DNA from: an uncultured Actinomycetes bacterium
GTDB lineage: Bacteria; Actinomycetota; Coriobacteriia; Anaerosomatales; CAWKMJ01
Assembly: GCA_963850695.1 (NCBI GenBank)
Contig: CAWKMJ010000001.1
Coordinates: forward strand, 1,022,764-1,086,763
DNA length: 64,000 nt
Reading direction: 5' to 3'
Program-made: the position numbers and the translations under genes
Shown: one piece after another, positions 10,390 to 20,592 of the stretch
Layout of the letters: each line of letters starts with the position of its first letter
Position numbering within the stretch: position 1 is the stretch's first letter
The notes under the pieces: model-generated
What the model was told of the DNA's origin: nothing
The model's input: only the letters and a program-made list of their open reading frames with translations
The model's database searches: none

Positions 10390-11082
10390 CTAGAGCGATG
10401 GAGTGCAACGGGTACTGTACGATGTGGACAGTTGCCGTACTCCGTCAGCTCCCGCGACAAGCACGACGTCTGCCCGTCTGCGTGCGAAGAGACCGGATGT
10501 GACCACGCCGGGATAGGAGTCGAGCGCTAGCTCGACAGCCGCGGGATCGGTCAGGTCCAGGCCCGAGACATCGAGGATGAGATTGCCGTTGTCGGTCGCG
10601 AAACCCTCGCGAACCCGCGGCCTCCCCCCCCCTCGGCAACATGGTCGGACACGAGACGGAGCAGCCATGGGGATGACCTCGACCGGCAGAGGGAACGCGC
10701 CCAGGCGCGAGACCAGCTTGCTCTCGTCAACGATGCACACGAACCGCTCGGCCGCTTGAGCGCATATCTTCTCCCGCGTGAGCGCGCCGCCACCGCCCTT
10801 GATGAGCCGCAGCTCGGCATCCACCTCATCCGCCCCGTCGACGTAGACATCGATACGGCCCACGTCGGCAAGGTCGACGACTTCGATCCCCACCCGCGAG
10901 CCAGATGCTGGGCGGTGGCCTCGTGATGACGCAACCGCTGCTGAGAGCGCAGGACCGTGGGATGCCAGTCCATCGATGAGGTGCCCGACCGTCGAGCCGG
11001 TGCCAACACCGAGGACACAGCCGGGCTCAACCAAGGCGAGCGATGCCGACGCTACCTGCCGCTTGAGGGCCTCACGATCCAT
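10390..11082 (-). CDS. rpiA: Ribose-5-phosphate isomerase A, with compensating frame breaks
   Basis: It contains GVGTGSTVGHLIDGL, YVDGADEVD, LIKGGGGALTREKI and FATDNGNLILD. One frame junction sits in the 9-nt C run at 10624-10632. Confidence 0.85.
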   Translation of the reverse strand: MDREALKRQVASASLALVEPGCVLGVGTGSTVGHLIDGLASHGPALSAAVASSRGHRPASGSRVGIEVVDLADVGRIDVYVDGADEVDAELRLIKGGGGALTREKICAQAAERFVCIVDESKLVSRLGAFPLPVEVIPMAAPSRVRPCCRGGGRPRVREGFATDNGNLILDVSGLDLTDPAAVELALDSYPGVVTSGLFARRRADVVLVAGADGVRQLSTSYSTRCTPSL

Positions 11083-11790
11083 GTATGCTCGTCGGGGCTC
11101 CATGCGCCCATGGCGGCTACCGGCATGAACGTGATGACGGAGCCGAACTGCGGCTCCTCTGCCAGCGGCCCGCCGCTCACCCCGAGCGTCGTACGAGTGT
11201 CACCGACAACATACTCCCATCGCTCGCCGGTGATCGTGCGGCCAAGCGCCGACTTGTCGAACGTGACACCCGGGCCAAGACTTGCGGCGGAGGCGCCGAC
11301 AGGGACGATGCTTCCGTATCCGGCCATGTGCGACTCGTGGCCGCCCAGCGGCAGCTCGAGGATCTTGCGGGCGTAGTCATTGGCAAAGGTGATCCGACCA
11401 CCCGCGTCGACCAGGACGACAGCGGCATGGATGGAATCGAGGACATTCATGAGCATCTCGTGCTCGGCCTGGGCGGCCCCGACGGCGCTCTTGAGTGCCG
11501 CCATGCGTTGATCGACCCAGATCAGGTAGTACGCATAGGCGAGCAGCGGGAAGAACACGATGCCCACGAAGTCCTCGACCGCATCGAGACTCGCGGTGAC
11601 ACCAAGATGCTCGACGAAGTTCGAGAACATCACGAAGGCGGCAGAGAGCATAGCTAGCATGATCAACAGCGGCAGCGGTGCTGTCTATTCGAGGAGCCGA
11701 CGTAGAGCGAGCGGCGAACACTACAGCGACCAAGACCGCGCCTGCAAACCCAAAGAACGCCACCAGATCGAAGAGCGCCACGACGTTCAT
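11052..11790 (-). CDS. Membrane-anchored PAS-domain sensor protein
   Basis: N-terminal TM helices ([27 protein letters not shown]..., MLSAAFVMF...) are followed by a PAS-like core ([33 protein letters not shown]). There is one frame break near 11660. Confidence 0.55.
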
Positions 11791-12072
11791 GCGGACTCAC
11801 CGCCGCGCGAGAACCAGTAGACGGCACCCTCGATAGCCGACCAAAGGAAAGCGACTCCGCTTGCCGCGTACATCGCGTGTTCGAGCGTGTTGAATACCTC
11901 GGGGGCGTAGTATCCCTCGAGAATCGGTGAAGACAAAGGCAAGGACCATCGCCACGATGCCGATGCCGATAGGCCGCTTGCCTGGCAGATCGATGCTTCG
12001 CAGACTGCGCACGATGAGCGGTACGACGATCACCGCAACGATGAGTTGGTACGCTTCGGTCGGCTGGAGCAT
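11788..12072 (-). CDS. Small membrane protein, translationally coupled to the downstream PAS gene
   Basis: It begins [21 protein letters not shown], with further hydrophobic helices after a frame break near 11920. Its TGA overlaps the next ATG (ATGA at 11788-11791). Confidence 0.4.
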
Positions 12073-12200
12073 CCTGCAGCGCGTCTCCCGGCTCGAAGGT
12101 CAGATTCGTCGGCCAGCACGAATTGTAGCGGTTGTGCCGCCGGTTCGCGCAGGAAGGCTCACGTATCCCGCTTGGAGTAGCCGATTCCGACGCGGCACGA

Positions 12201-12597
12201 CTATCGCGGCTCGAAGGCCAGCGAAACCGAGTTGATGCAGTACCTGAGACCCGTGGGCCGCGGACCGTCTGTGAACACATGGCCGAGGTGCCCATCGCAC
12301 CGGGAGCACACGACCTCGACGCGCGCCATGCCAAACGAGTCGTCCGAGCGCTCGGTCGACGGCCTCCTCGCGGACAGGTTGCGTGAAGCTGGGCCACCCG
12401 CATCCCGAGTGGAACTTGTCGCGCCGAATCGAACAGCTCAGCACCGCAACCTGCGCATACATAGGTGCCGTCGTCCTCAAGATCCGTGTAGACACCGGAG
12501 AATGCCGCCTCGGTGCCCGCCCGCCGCAGGACACGGAACTGCTCAGGAGTCAGAGAGCCCTCCACTCATCGTCTGTCTTGTTGATGTAGTCGCTCAT
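12201..12597 (-). CDS. msrB: Peptide-methionine (R)-S-oxide reductase MsrB, frame breaks
   Basis: It contains [53 protein letters not shown] and RYCINSVSL. Confidence 0.85.
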
Positions 12598-12690
12598 CTG
12601 CTCCCCTATCGTCATCGCGCTGCTAGCGTGATCGCTTGCCGACGAGACTCCGCGAGGCGCTTCTGCGCTGCTCGCATCAAGTCCGAGCTC

Positions 12691-13339
12691 CTAGATCTCA
12701 CTATCGAGCTGAAGCGGTGAGCCCGCACCATACAGATACCCGTTGAGCCTGGCTGCCGCAGTCGACTCCCGAAGCGCGCTGTCGTCCGGATAGTGTCGGC
12801 GCATCTGCTTCATGATCGCGCGATCCGCTCGCAGGGCGTACTTCTGGTGGTAGTCCTCGGCGGGCGTGAAATCGCTGTACGGCTCGATCCGCGTGCAGCG
12901 GTTCCTTGCCAAGTAGCGCCGCCCAACGCCTGGCTGCCTCGAGCGCGAGTGCTTCCTGAGTCTCATCGTGAGTGAGTATCAGTGACTCGTACTGAACGCT
13001 GTGCGCCGAGCGCGTAGGGTCGTGCATGCCAAAGAAGGCATCGAGCAACTCTGCATACGAGATCGGCCGCCGGATCGAAGTCGACCTGGATACACTCGGT
13101 GTGATCGCCCATCGCGCGGTAGGTCGGTCGTGACTTGGTGCCGCCCGCATAGCCGACTCGCGTGCGCACGACACCTTCCATAAGCCCGAACCGGGCATCA
13201 GGGCCCCAGAATCAACCCGCGCCAAACGTCGCCTCAGCCCGGTGGTGTGGGCGGGATCGATAGTCGGCAGCTGCACCGATTCTTGCCCGGTGGAGCCGCG
13301 GCCTGTGCCTATCCGCTTCAACATGGCTGCCTCCTGCAT
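12691..13339 (-). CDS. msrA: Peptide-methionine (S)-S-oxide reductase MsrA with in-frame UGA (Sec) at the catalytic position; frame breaks elsewhere
   Basis: The minus strand reads AEATFGAG-TGA-FWGPDARFGLMEGVVRTRVGYAGGTKSRPTYRAMGDHTECIQVDFDP. The TGA at 13212-13214 takes the place of Cys in the GCFWG motif. The downstream part reads ISYAELLDAFFGMHDPT and PAEDYHQKY. The ATG at 13324/13339 is in another frame, so one indel is implied near 13240. Confidence 0.75.
13184..13196 (-). promoter_or_regulatory. SECIS-like hairpin downstream of the msrA UGA
   Basis: The RNA GCCCG-GUU-CGGGC starts 15 nt after the UGA. It can be extended to about 10 bp with single bulged U residues (CCUGAUGCCCG...CGGGCUUAUGG). 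Confidence 0.45.
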
Positions 13340-13520
13340 TCCTTGGACCAGGGAGCAGGAGGCGTGCCAGTCACTATCTGCGCTCAGGTGAGGGCTCAAG
13401 TGTCGAACAGCGCTGAGACTCGACCGCTGCGAGTCTCGGGCTGGATCGACGCGAGGGTCGCTGGTGGGTCTCGCCCGTCCGGAGCGCCATGGCGAGGCGA
13501 TGCGTCCCCACGCGGTGCCC

Positions 13521-14215
13521 TCATCGGTCGAGGGCTCGTCGGTCTCGGCCTGTCGTCGAGGCGGCCTTGCCGCTGTGTCCTCTCGTGTGCCGATCGCGGC
13601 GGCGCGTGGAGGCCGAGCCTTCCACGCTGATCGCCCGAGAAGCGCCATTAGCAGAAAGCGCGGCTCCGGTCGGGGTTGGCGCGGCTTCCTGCTGCGGCTG
13701 GTCACTGTCGCTCATGGCGGACTCACTGTCGCGGGTCCGTCGCATCACGTAGGTCTTCTCGGTCCCGTCCACGCCATAGCGATGGTGGCGTCAGCGTCTC
13801 CGACCGCATCGGGATACATCACGCTGTGGTCGGAGAAGCGATGGGTGACAGGCGGGCTCGACGTTGTCTCGCGGGCGGGAAGGACGGTGCTCGTGGTTGT
13901 GGCGGTATCATCTCTCGATGGCTCACGAGGAGCCTGCGTCTCGGGGGGTGTGCCCGTCACATCGTCGGAACCGGGAGGTGTCTCCCAGAGATCTGTGGCC
14001 GTGTCTTCGCGAGCGCCCATGTCCGGACAGCCCGTCTTGACCTCCGAACGCCCGTCGCCGACACTGGGTTCGAAGGCCCTCAGAGGGTCGACCTGGGGTG
14101 AGAGCGCAGCGGTGCTGGACTCAGGGATCCGTGCCATCACGGGAGCCACGGGCATGACGGCGAGCATCATCGCAGCAAGCACCGCAACGATCGCTGCCTT
14201 GCACCGCATCGACAT
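13521..14215 (-). CDS. Secreted or anchored low-complexity protein of unknown function
   Basis: It has a signal-peptide-like start, MSMRCKAAIVAVLAAMMLAVMPVAPVMA. The body is rich in T/P/D/E. Frame breaks are present and the 3' end is uncertain. Confidence 0.4.
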
Positions 14216-14439
14216 GCCATTGACCCCTTCCCCCGCAGAGGGTGGAACCTCTGTCCGCTCGCCGCTTCCATGCCCGAGCGTCGGCTCACGCCGAGCCCTA
14301 GAACCACGAATGCCACGGCTCGAGGCCGCGGCTTCCCGGGTGTCGTGTCGTCGTATCGATGGCTGGATGCCCGTCTTCTCGCAGGTCACAGGGTATCCAT
14401 GTCCTCCTCACGTATACCCCAGGAATTCAAGCCTCGCAG

Positions 14440-14595
14440 CACATATGCCGATAGTTACTACTTACGGATTCCCCTCTCCTACCAATGGCGGATAGCCTCC
14501 CTGCGTCGCCTTCGGCAATGCCCCGGATTACCCCATCTAGCTGGGCATACGCTCCCCGTCCAGAGCATCGCGGGCACCGATTCGGCGACCCTCCC
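14440..14595 (-). promoter_or_regulatory. Candidate c-di-AMP (ydaO/yuaA-type) riboswitch in the leader of the secreted-protein gene
   Basis: The minus-strand RNA contains CGCCGAAUC, GGACGGGGAGC...CCCA, GGGGUAAUCC, CCGAAGGCGAC, GGUAGG and GGGGAAUCCGUAAGU. A closing helix GUCGCC/GGCGAC is present. These resemble the conserved blocks of the ydaO motif as I recall them, and the block order is not identical to that recollection. Confidence 0.5.
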
Positions 14596-14600
14596 GTTAT

Positions 14601-14632
14601 GTCTACACCGACACTACGGTGTAGACTATAAT
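14601..14632. promoter_or_regulatory. Perfect 9-bp inverted repeat GTCTACACC-N8-GGTGTAGAC abutting a consensus TATAAT (candidate TetR operator and promoter)
   Basis: Read directly. The repeat arms are at 14601-14609 and 14618-14626, and TATAAT is at 14627-14632. The element lies 33 nt upstream of the TetR GTG, in a divergent intergenic region. Confidence 0.6.
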
Positions 14633-14664
14633 TCCGGCTTGACGACATCCGCGGGGAGGTCACG

Positions 14665-15359
14665 GTGGAGCGCGGCGCAGGAAGACGGGGGCGACGACCC
14701 AAGACGAGTCGCACGGCTATCGTCGAGTGCGCCCTCGGTATCATCGACGAGGAGGGTATCGAGGCGCTGTCGATGCGTCGCCTCGGCAAGGATCTCGGCG
14801 TCGATCCCATGGCGATCTACAACCACATCTCGGGCAAGCCGGAGCTCCTCGACGCGGTCGTCGATCATGTCATGGCGAGGTGGATCTGAGCGTCGACGAC
14901 CCGGCCGATCCGTGGCAGGAACGCGTCCGCCGTGTCGCGGGTGCTTACCGCGACGCACTGAGCGCTCACCCCAACGTCTTGCCCGTCATCGCATCCGGAC
15001 GTGCTCGGATGTTCGGGGGGCTCGCCCCGGCCGACACGCTGCTGAGCATCTTCGAGGCAGCTGGTGTCCCGCGGACGAAGTGGCTCATCGCGATGAACGC
15101 CTTCTCGTCGTGGATTCTCGGCAGCGCGCTCATGGAGATGACGACTGGCGAGGGCGCTGCGAAGGTGATCGTGGACTGGGCGGCCAACGCGCCGGCCGAT
15201 CGCTATCCCCACGTGGCCCTCGCGATCGCTACCCACGCGCCGACCGAGTCGGACGCGTACTTCCGCTACGGCGTCATCAGTCTCATCGGAGGCCTCAAGG
15301 CTATCGCCAAGACCAACGGCGACGCAACACAGGCATCCGGACCGGCGTCGGGCAGCTAG
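14665..15359 (+). CDS. TetR/AcrR family transcriptional regulator, one frame break
   Basis: The N-terminal HTH region reads TAIVECALGIIDEEGIEALSMRRLGKDLGVDPMAIYNHI. The GTG at 14665 follows GGGGAGG. The frame switch is near 14880. Confidence 0.8.
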
Positions 15360-15397
15360 TGATGATGGTCGCGTCGGACCGACTAGCCGGACGAGCT

Positions 15398-16610
15398 CTA
15401 CGCGCCGAGCTCGTTGGCGAGCTGCTCGAGGAACAGCCCGACGTCGGTGACGATGCCGATCGTCTGCCAACTCCCTCGATCCGCGAGCTTCGTCACGACC
15501 GCCGGATTGATGTCGACGCAGACCGTGTGGGTGCTCGCCGGAAGCATGTTGCCGGTCGCGATCGAGTGCAGCATCGTCGAGAGCATCAGACACACTCCCG
15601 CGTCGCGACAGTACGGACGCATCGCCGCCTGCGCCTCCAACGCGTCGGTGATCACATCGGGCAGCGGCCCATCATCGCGGACCGACCCCCAGGACGAACG
15701 GCGTCCCGGTCCGACCAGAGCGTGCATCAGCCCCGATGTCAGCGTGCCCGACTCCACCGCGGCCGCAATCGACCCCTCTCGGCGAATCGTGTTGATCGCC
15801 CGCAGGTGATGCTGGTGCCCGCCGAGAGTGGGCACTCCCTCTTCGAGCGAAACGCCAAGCGACGTGCCGAAGAGAGCGGCCTCGATATCGTGTACCGCGA
15901 CGGCGTTGCCGCCAAAGAGAACACTCACGTATCCCGCGCGCACCAGTCGTGCAAGGTGCGGCCCGGCGCCGGTGTGCACGACCGCCGGGCCCGCAACGAC
16001 GATCTCGTTGCCGGCTTCGCGTGTCTCGCAGAAGGTCTGCCACATCCGCGATGACTTGGGCCTTGGGCTTCTCGGATGACACGGCGGATGCCATGAACTC
16101 GAACGCCTGTCCTTCGCGGGGTCGCTCCTGGGGCCGCACGCGGATGCCCGCATGTCCGACGACGTACAGGTCTCCGGCGATGACATCAGCCATCGGCACG
16201 CCGTCGCGCGAGACCGCCTCAACGTCGACGCGACGCCCAGATCCATCTCTTGCCCGTCGACAGCGGGATCCACGGCCGTCGATGCGCACTGCGGTCTCGA
16301 GATTCGTCGTCGAGTAGAAGCCCTCCGGAAGGACGCCGTCGGCGGGGGCCGGAGCGAGCTCACCGTCGTGGGGGTCGATGGGGATCGCGCCCTGTTCCTG
16401 AACGACGCGCATGATCTCATCGAGGCTCGCGGTCCTGGGCCCTGATCCGCAGGACCGCCGAAGACGAGTCCTCGTTGGTGCGTCCGACCTCGAATCCAGG
16501 GTCTCGAACTCGGCGTCGAGAGCAACGACCGCATCCATGATCGCCGACATGATTCCCGAGTCGATCAGATGCCCGGTGACACGAACATCCTCGTAGGGGC
16601 TATGGGGCAC
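15398..16610 (-). CDS. TIGR00300-type protein (LOR/SDH-like domain, ornithine cyclodeaminase-like), frame breaks
   Basis: The N-terminal part reads VTGHLIDSGIMSAIMD. The C-terminal part reads GPAVVHTGAGPHLARLVRAGYVSVLFGGNAVAVHDIE...TLGGHQHHLRAIN. The GTG at 16610 follows GGAGGGAG. Confidence 0.55.
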
Positions 16611-16831
16611 GATTCTCCCTCCTTCGCGGCTCACGACTGAAGGATATACCTGCGAAGCGCGCGCGAGTAGCGGTGCCGAAGGAACAGAGAGCCGCGTCGA
16701 TGCGAACCCGACAGACGCCGCTAGCGGAAGTTCCGTGCGCTCCGTCGCCGTGAAGACACGGCGCGACGGTGCCCCTGGCGTCCAGCGTGTACGCGCCATG
16801 GGCCACATCGACCGTCATGACGTCGGCCGGC

Positions 16832-17113
16832 TCAGGGGCGGACGGGCAGCGCGGGGCTATGGAAGATATTCACGCCGACGAGCGGATGCCCACCGGTCAC
16901 CACGCCGGCAAGCACGGAGATATCCGTCGTGTTGGCAGACCACTGCTGGCGGCGCCCTCGATGGTGCGCTGATTCGCGAAGCACGTCCTCTGGGCGCACA
17001 ACGAGTCGCGAACTGGAACACGGGAATGGCGACAGCACGAGAACCCCGATGATCAGGACGACGACCATCAGCTCGACCAGTGTGAATCCTCCCGTGTCGC
17101 GTGCCGACCGCAT
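16832..17113 (-). CDS. Prepilin-type N-terminal cleavage/methylation domain protein (type IV pilin-like)
   Basis: It starts MRSARDTGGFTLVELMVVVLIIGVLV, with the class III signal motif G/FTLVE. Frame breaks are present. The C-terminus may extend toward about 16700 (YTLDARGTVAPC). Confidence 0.6.
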   Translation of the reverse strand: MRSARDTGGFTLVELMVVVLIIGVLVLSPFPCSSSRLVVRPEDVLRESAHHRGRRQQWSANTTDISVLAGVVTGGHPLVGVNIFHSPALPVRP

Positions 17114-17211
17114 GGACCGTGCTCTCCTCGCTGGCGAAGACCGTTCGCTACTCGTCCATGCCAGGACTATCGGCACGTGCGCATGCAGTTGAGCCTCTAG
17201 AGCGAAGACGT

Positions 17212-17674
17212 TCAATATCCCTCGGCCATCTCCTGCTTGATCCGCACGATCGCCTCGCGATGCTCCGGCATCGACGTGCCGAGCATCTGCGTCGCCAGGA
17301 TCGCGGCGTTCTTGGCGCCGTTGATGGCGACGCAGGCGACCGGCACGCCGCTGGGCATCTGCACCATCGAGAGCAGCGAGTCCAGACCGCCCAGGTCGCA
17401 CGTCTTCATCGGCACGGTGATGACCGGCAGCGGCGTGAACGCCGCGACGACGCCGCCCAGATGCGCCGCCTTGCCGGCAGCGGCGACGATGACCTTGATG
17501 CCGCGATCGCCGCGCCGTGAGGCCCACTCGTGGACCTTGTCGGGCATGCGATGGGCGCTGGCGACGATCAACTCGTGCGCGACGCCGAAGCTCCTCGAGC
17601 TGTCGGCGCACTGCTGCATGACCTCCATGTCGGACTGCAGCCCATGACGATCCCACGAGCGGCGTGTCAGCCAT
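17212..17674 (-). CDS. purE: 5-(carboxyamino)imidazole ribonucleotide mutase, one early frame break
   Basis: It contains SDMEVMQQCADS, ASAHRMPDKV, VIVAAAGKAAHLGGVVAA and PVITVPM. The start MADTPLVG at 17674 follows GGAGG. Confidence 0.85.
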
Positions 17675-17841
17675 CGTGTCCTCCCGTAGTGCTCGGCGGG
17701 CGCATCTTCGTGCGACAGTGTATCCGAGTCCGGCGCGCTCACGGCACGGGCGCTGCTCTGCATCCTCGGTCTCGGCGATCGGCGTCCGCGGCGTCACTGC
17801 CGCACTCGCTCGCCCTCGCCGAAGACAGCTCCCGCTCGTCT

Positions 17842-18974
17842 TCAGGAAGCGCTCCGAGCCTGGTCGCGCACCGCGTTCACGCCCACAAAGAACTCCCGCA
17901 TCATCGCGACGAGCAGATACGGCCCTTCGGCGTGAGCGTGATCGCGCTCGCCGTGTCGATCTCGAACGCGCCGACCGCCCGCATGAACGTCGTCTCGCGG
18001 CAGACCGCTCTCGACCTGACGCCGAAGTCGCGCTCGAACGCGCGCTTGTCGAGCTCCAGGCCGAAGAGCCCCATCATGAACCGGTAGCGCATCTGCTCCT
18101 TGGTTGGTGAACTCACGCCTAGCGACCGCGCCGAACATCGCCGGCACCGATGCGCTCGCAGTACTCGGCAAGCGAGAACGTGTTCACCTACAGCGTGCCG
18201 TCCAGGAAGCAGAACGCGCCCGAGCCGATGCCCACGTACTCCTCGTAGTCGACGATGTACTCGTCGATCATCCCGCCGCCGGTGCGCGAGAACGTCCACG
18301 CGCTCGCGGGCTCGAACGACTCGGCCAGCCCTCGACGAGGTGCTGTAGTAGGTCGGCCTCGCGCTCGTAGCTCACCGCGCCCACGCTGTCGCTTGAGTGA
18401 CTGCCGCACGACCGGCGAGGCCATGAGCGGGTAGAAGGTGGTCTGGTTGGCGCCCGACTCCTTGAGCATCTCGACGTCGTGCTCGAGCATCTCGCGGGTC
18501 TGGGAGGGAAGTTGAAGATCATGTCCACGTTGAGCGAGTGGAAGCCGCCCTCGACCCACTTGAGCCGCTCGAGGATCTCGTGCGCCGGAGCCGTACTTGT
18601 CGTAGCGGTCCATCTGCTTGAGCAGGCCGTCGTCGAAGCACTGCACGCCGACGCTGAAGCGCTCGACGCGCTCCACGAGCGGCTCGACGATCTCCGGGAC
18701 CAGGTGGTTCGGGTTCGTCTCGCAGGAGACCTCCCGGATGTCGAAGAGCTCGCGCGCCAGGTCGATCGTCTCGCACAGCTCGTCGATCATGACCGTGGGC
18801 GTCCCGCCGCCGAAGTACATCGACGTGAAGTCGTAGCCCAGCTCGGCGACCATCCGCATCTCGTGGCGCAGGCTCTCGAAGTACGGGCCGCGCGCGCTCC
18901 TCCGAGAACGGGAAGCGGTTGAACGAGCAGTACGGGCACAGCCGCTCGCAGAACGGCACGTGCACGTAGAGCAT
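17842..18974 (-). CDS. Radical SAM, coproporphyrinogen III oxidase (HemN)-like family protein, frame breaks
   Basis: It contains LYVHVPFCERLCPYCSFN, YFGGGTPT, ETNPNHL and QCFDDGLLKQMDR. The start could instead lie up to about 40 nt upstream. Confidence 0.7.
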
Positions 18975-19072
18975 GTACTGCTTCGCGTCCTTCGGCGCGG
19001 GGCAGGCGCATCTCGCGCGTCGCCACGCTCGAGGTTCAGCGAGCGCGCGTTGGCGTTGCGAACGACCCGATG

Positions 19073-20379
19073 TCAGCAGTCCGTTCGGCGAGCATCCTGG
19101 CTACGCCTTCCAGGCGTCGCGGCCCGGGCGGCCTTCGCACCGATGTCGGTGCGGTAGAACGCGCCGTCCCAGGATACTTCGACCGCCTCGTACGCGCGAT
19201 CGCGGGCCTCGGCGAACGTCTCGACCGAGGCGGTGACGTTGAGCACGCGGCCGCCGGTGGTGACGAACGCGCCATCGCTGTAGAGCGGTGCCCGCGTGGA
19301 AGACGGTGACGCCGTCCACTCGCTCGGCCTCGTCGATGCCCGCGATGGCAGGCCCTTCTCGTAGTCGCCGGGGTAGCCGCCCGATGCCATGACGACGCAG
19401 ACCGCCCAGTCGTCCTTCCAGGCAGAGCTCGACATCGGCGAGCCGCTCCTCCGCGGTGGCCAGCATGATGTCGACCAGGTCGGTCTCGAGCCGCGGCAGC
19501 ATGACCTGGGTCTCGGGGTCGCCGAAACGCGCGTTGAACTCGAGCACCTTGGGGCCGTCGTCGGTGAGGATGAAGCCGCCGTAGAGGACGCCCTGATAGT
19601 GGATGCCCTCGTCGCGCATCGCGGCGACCGTGCGCTCCAGGACGTCCATCATCGTGGCGTACTCGTCGTCGGTGACGATCGGGACCGGCGTGTAGACGCC
19701 CATGCCACCGGTGTTGGGACCTTCGTCGCCGTCGTAGGCGCGCTTGTGGTCCTGCGCCGGGGTCATCGGAACGACCGTCGTCCCGTCGGTGAACGCGAGC
19801 AGCGAGCACTCCTGGCCGGCGAGATCTCCTCGATGACGACCGTCGATCCCGCCTCGCCGAAGCGACCGTCGAAGCACTCCTTGACCGCGTCGCGGGCGGT
19901 CTCGATGTCCATCGCGACGGTGACGCCCTTGCCTGCGGCAAGGCCGTCGGCCTTGACGACGATGGGCGCGCCGACCTCGTCCAGATACTCGAGCGCGGCC
20001 TCCTCGTCGGTGAAGGTCGCGTAGAAGCCGGTCGGGATCTCGTGGCGCTCCATGAGCTCCTTGGCGAACTCCTTGGAGCCCTCGAGTCGCGCGCCCGCGG
20101 CGCCGGGGCCGAAGACCGTGATGCCTGCTGCTCGAACCGCGTCGGCGACGCCCGCGACAAGCGGGACCTCAGGACCGATGACAACCAGCTCGACGCGCTT
20201 CTCGCGCGCGAACGCCGCAACCGCTCGCCGTCCTCGACGTCGAGCGCGATATTGTCGGCGATCTCGGCGGTGCCGCCGTTGCCGGGGGCGACGTAGATGT
20301 GGTCAGCCTTGGGTGACTCGGCAAGCTTGTGGACGATCGCGTGCTCGCGGCCTCCGCCGCCGAGAACGAGGATGCGCAT
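19073..20379 (-). CDS. purD: Phosphoribosylamine--glycine ligase, at least three frame breaks
   Basis: It contains [67 protein letters not shown] and VMASGGYPG. Confidence 0.85.
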
Positions 20380-20592
20380 CGTTGCCTCCCGGAAGCGTGG
20401 AACAGCACAGCGATTGTAGCCCAAGCGTCAGGCCCGAAGCTGGCACACGAGCGAAAGAGCGTCGCTCTCGACACGCGCTCATCGATCGGACCGGCCCGAC
20501 TCCGCTCATCAAAGGTACGCTATGCTCGGCATGAGGACGATGGCCTCGTCGACTCAGACCCTGGAGTCTGCCGCTCCATCGGGAGGTCGTGG

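Noticed and set aside
14270-16054. A 594-aa ORF on the plus strand
   Set aside because: It reads through the TetR gene out of frame and then antisense to the TIGR00300-type gene. Its composition is Arg-rich and it has no motifs.
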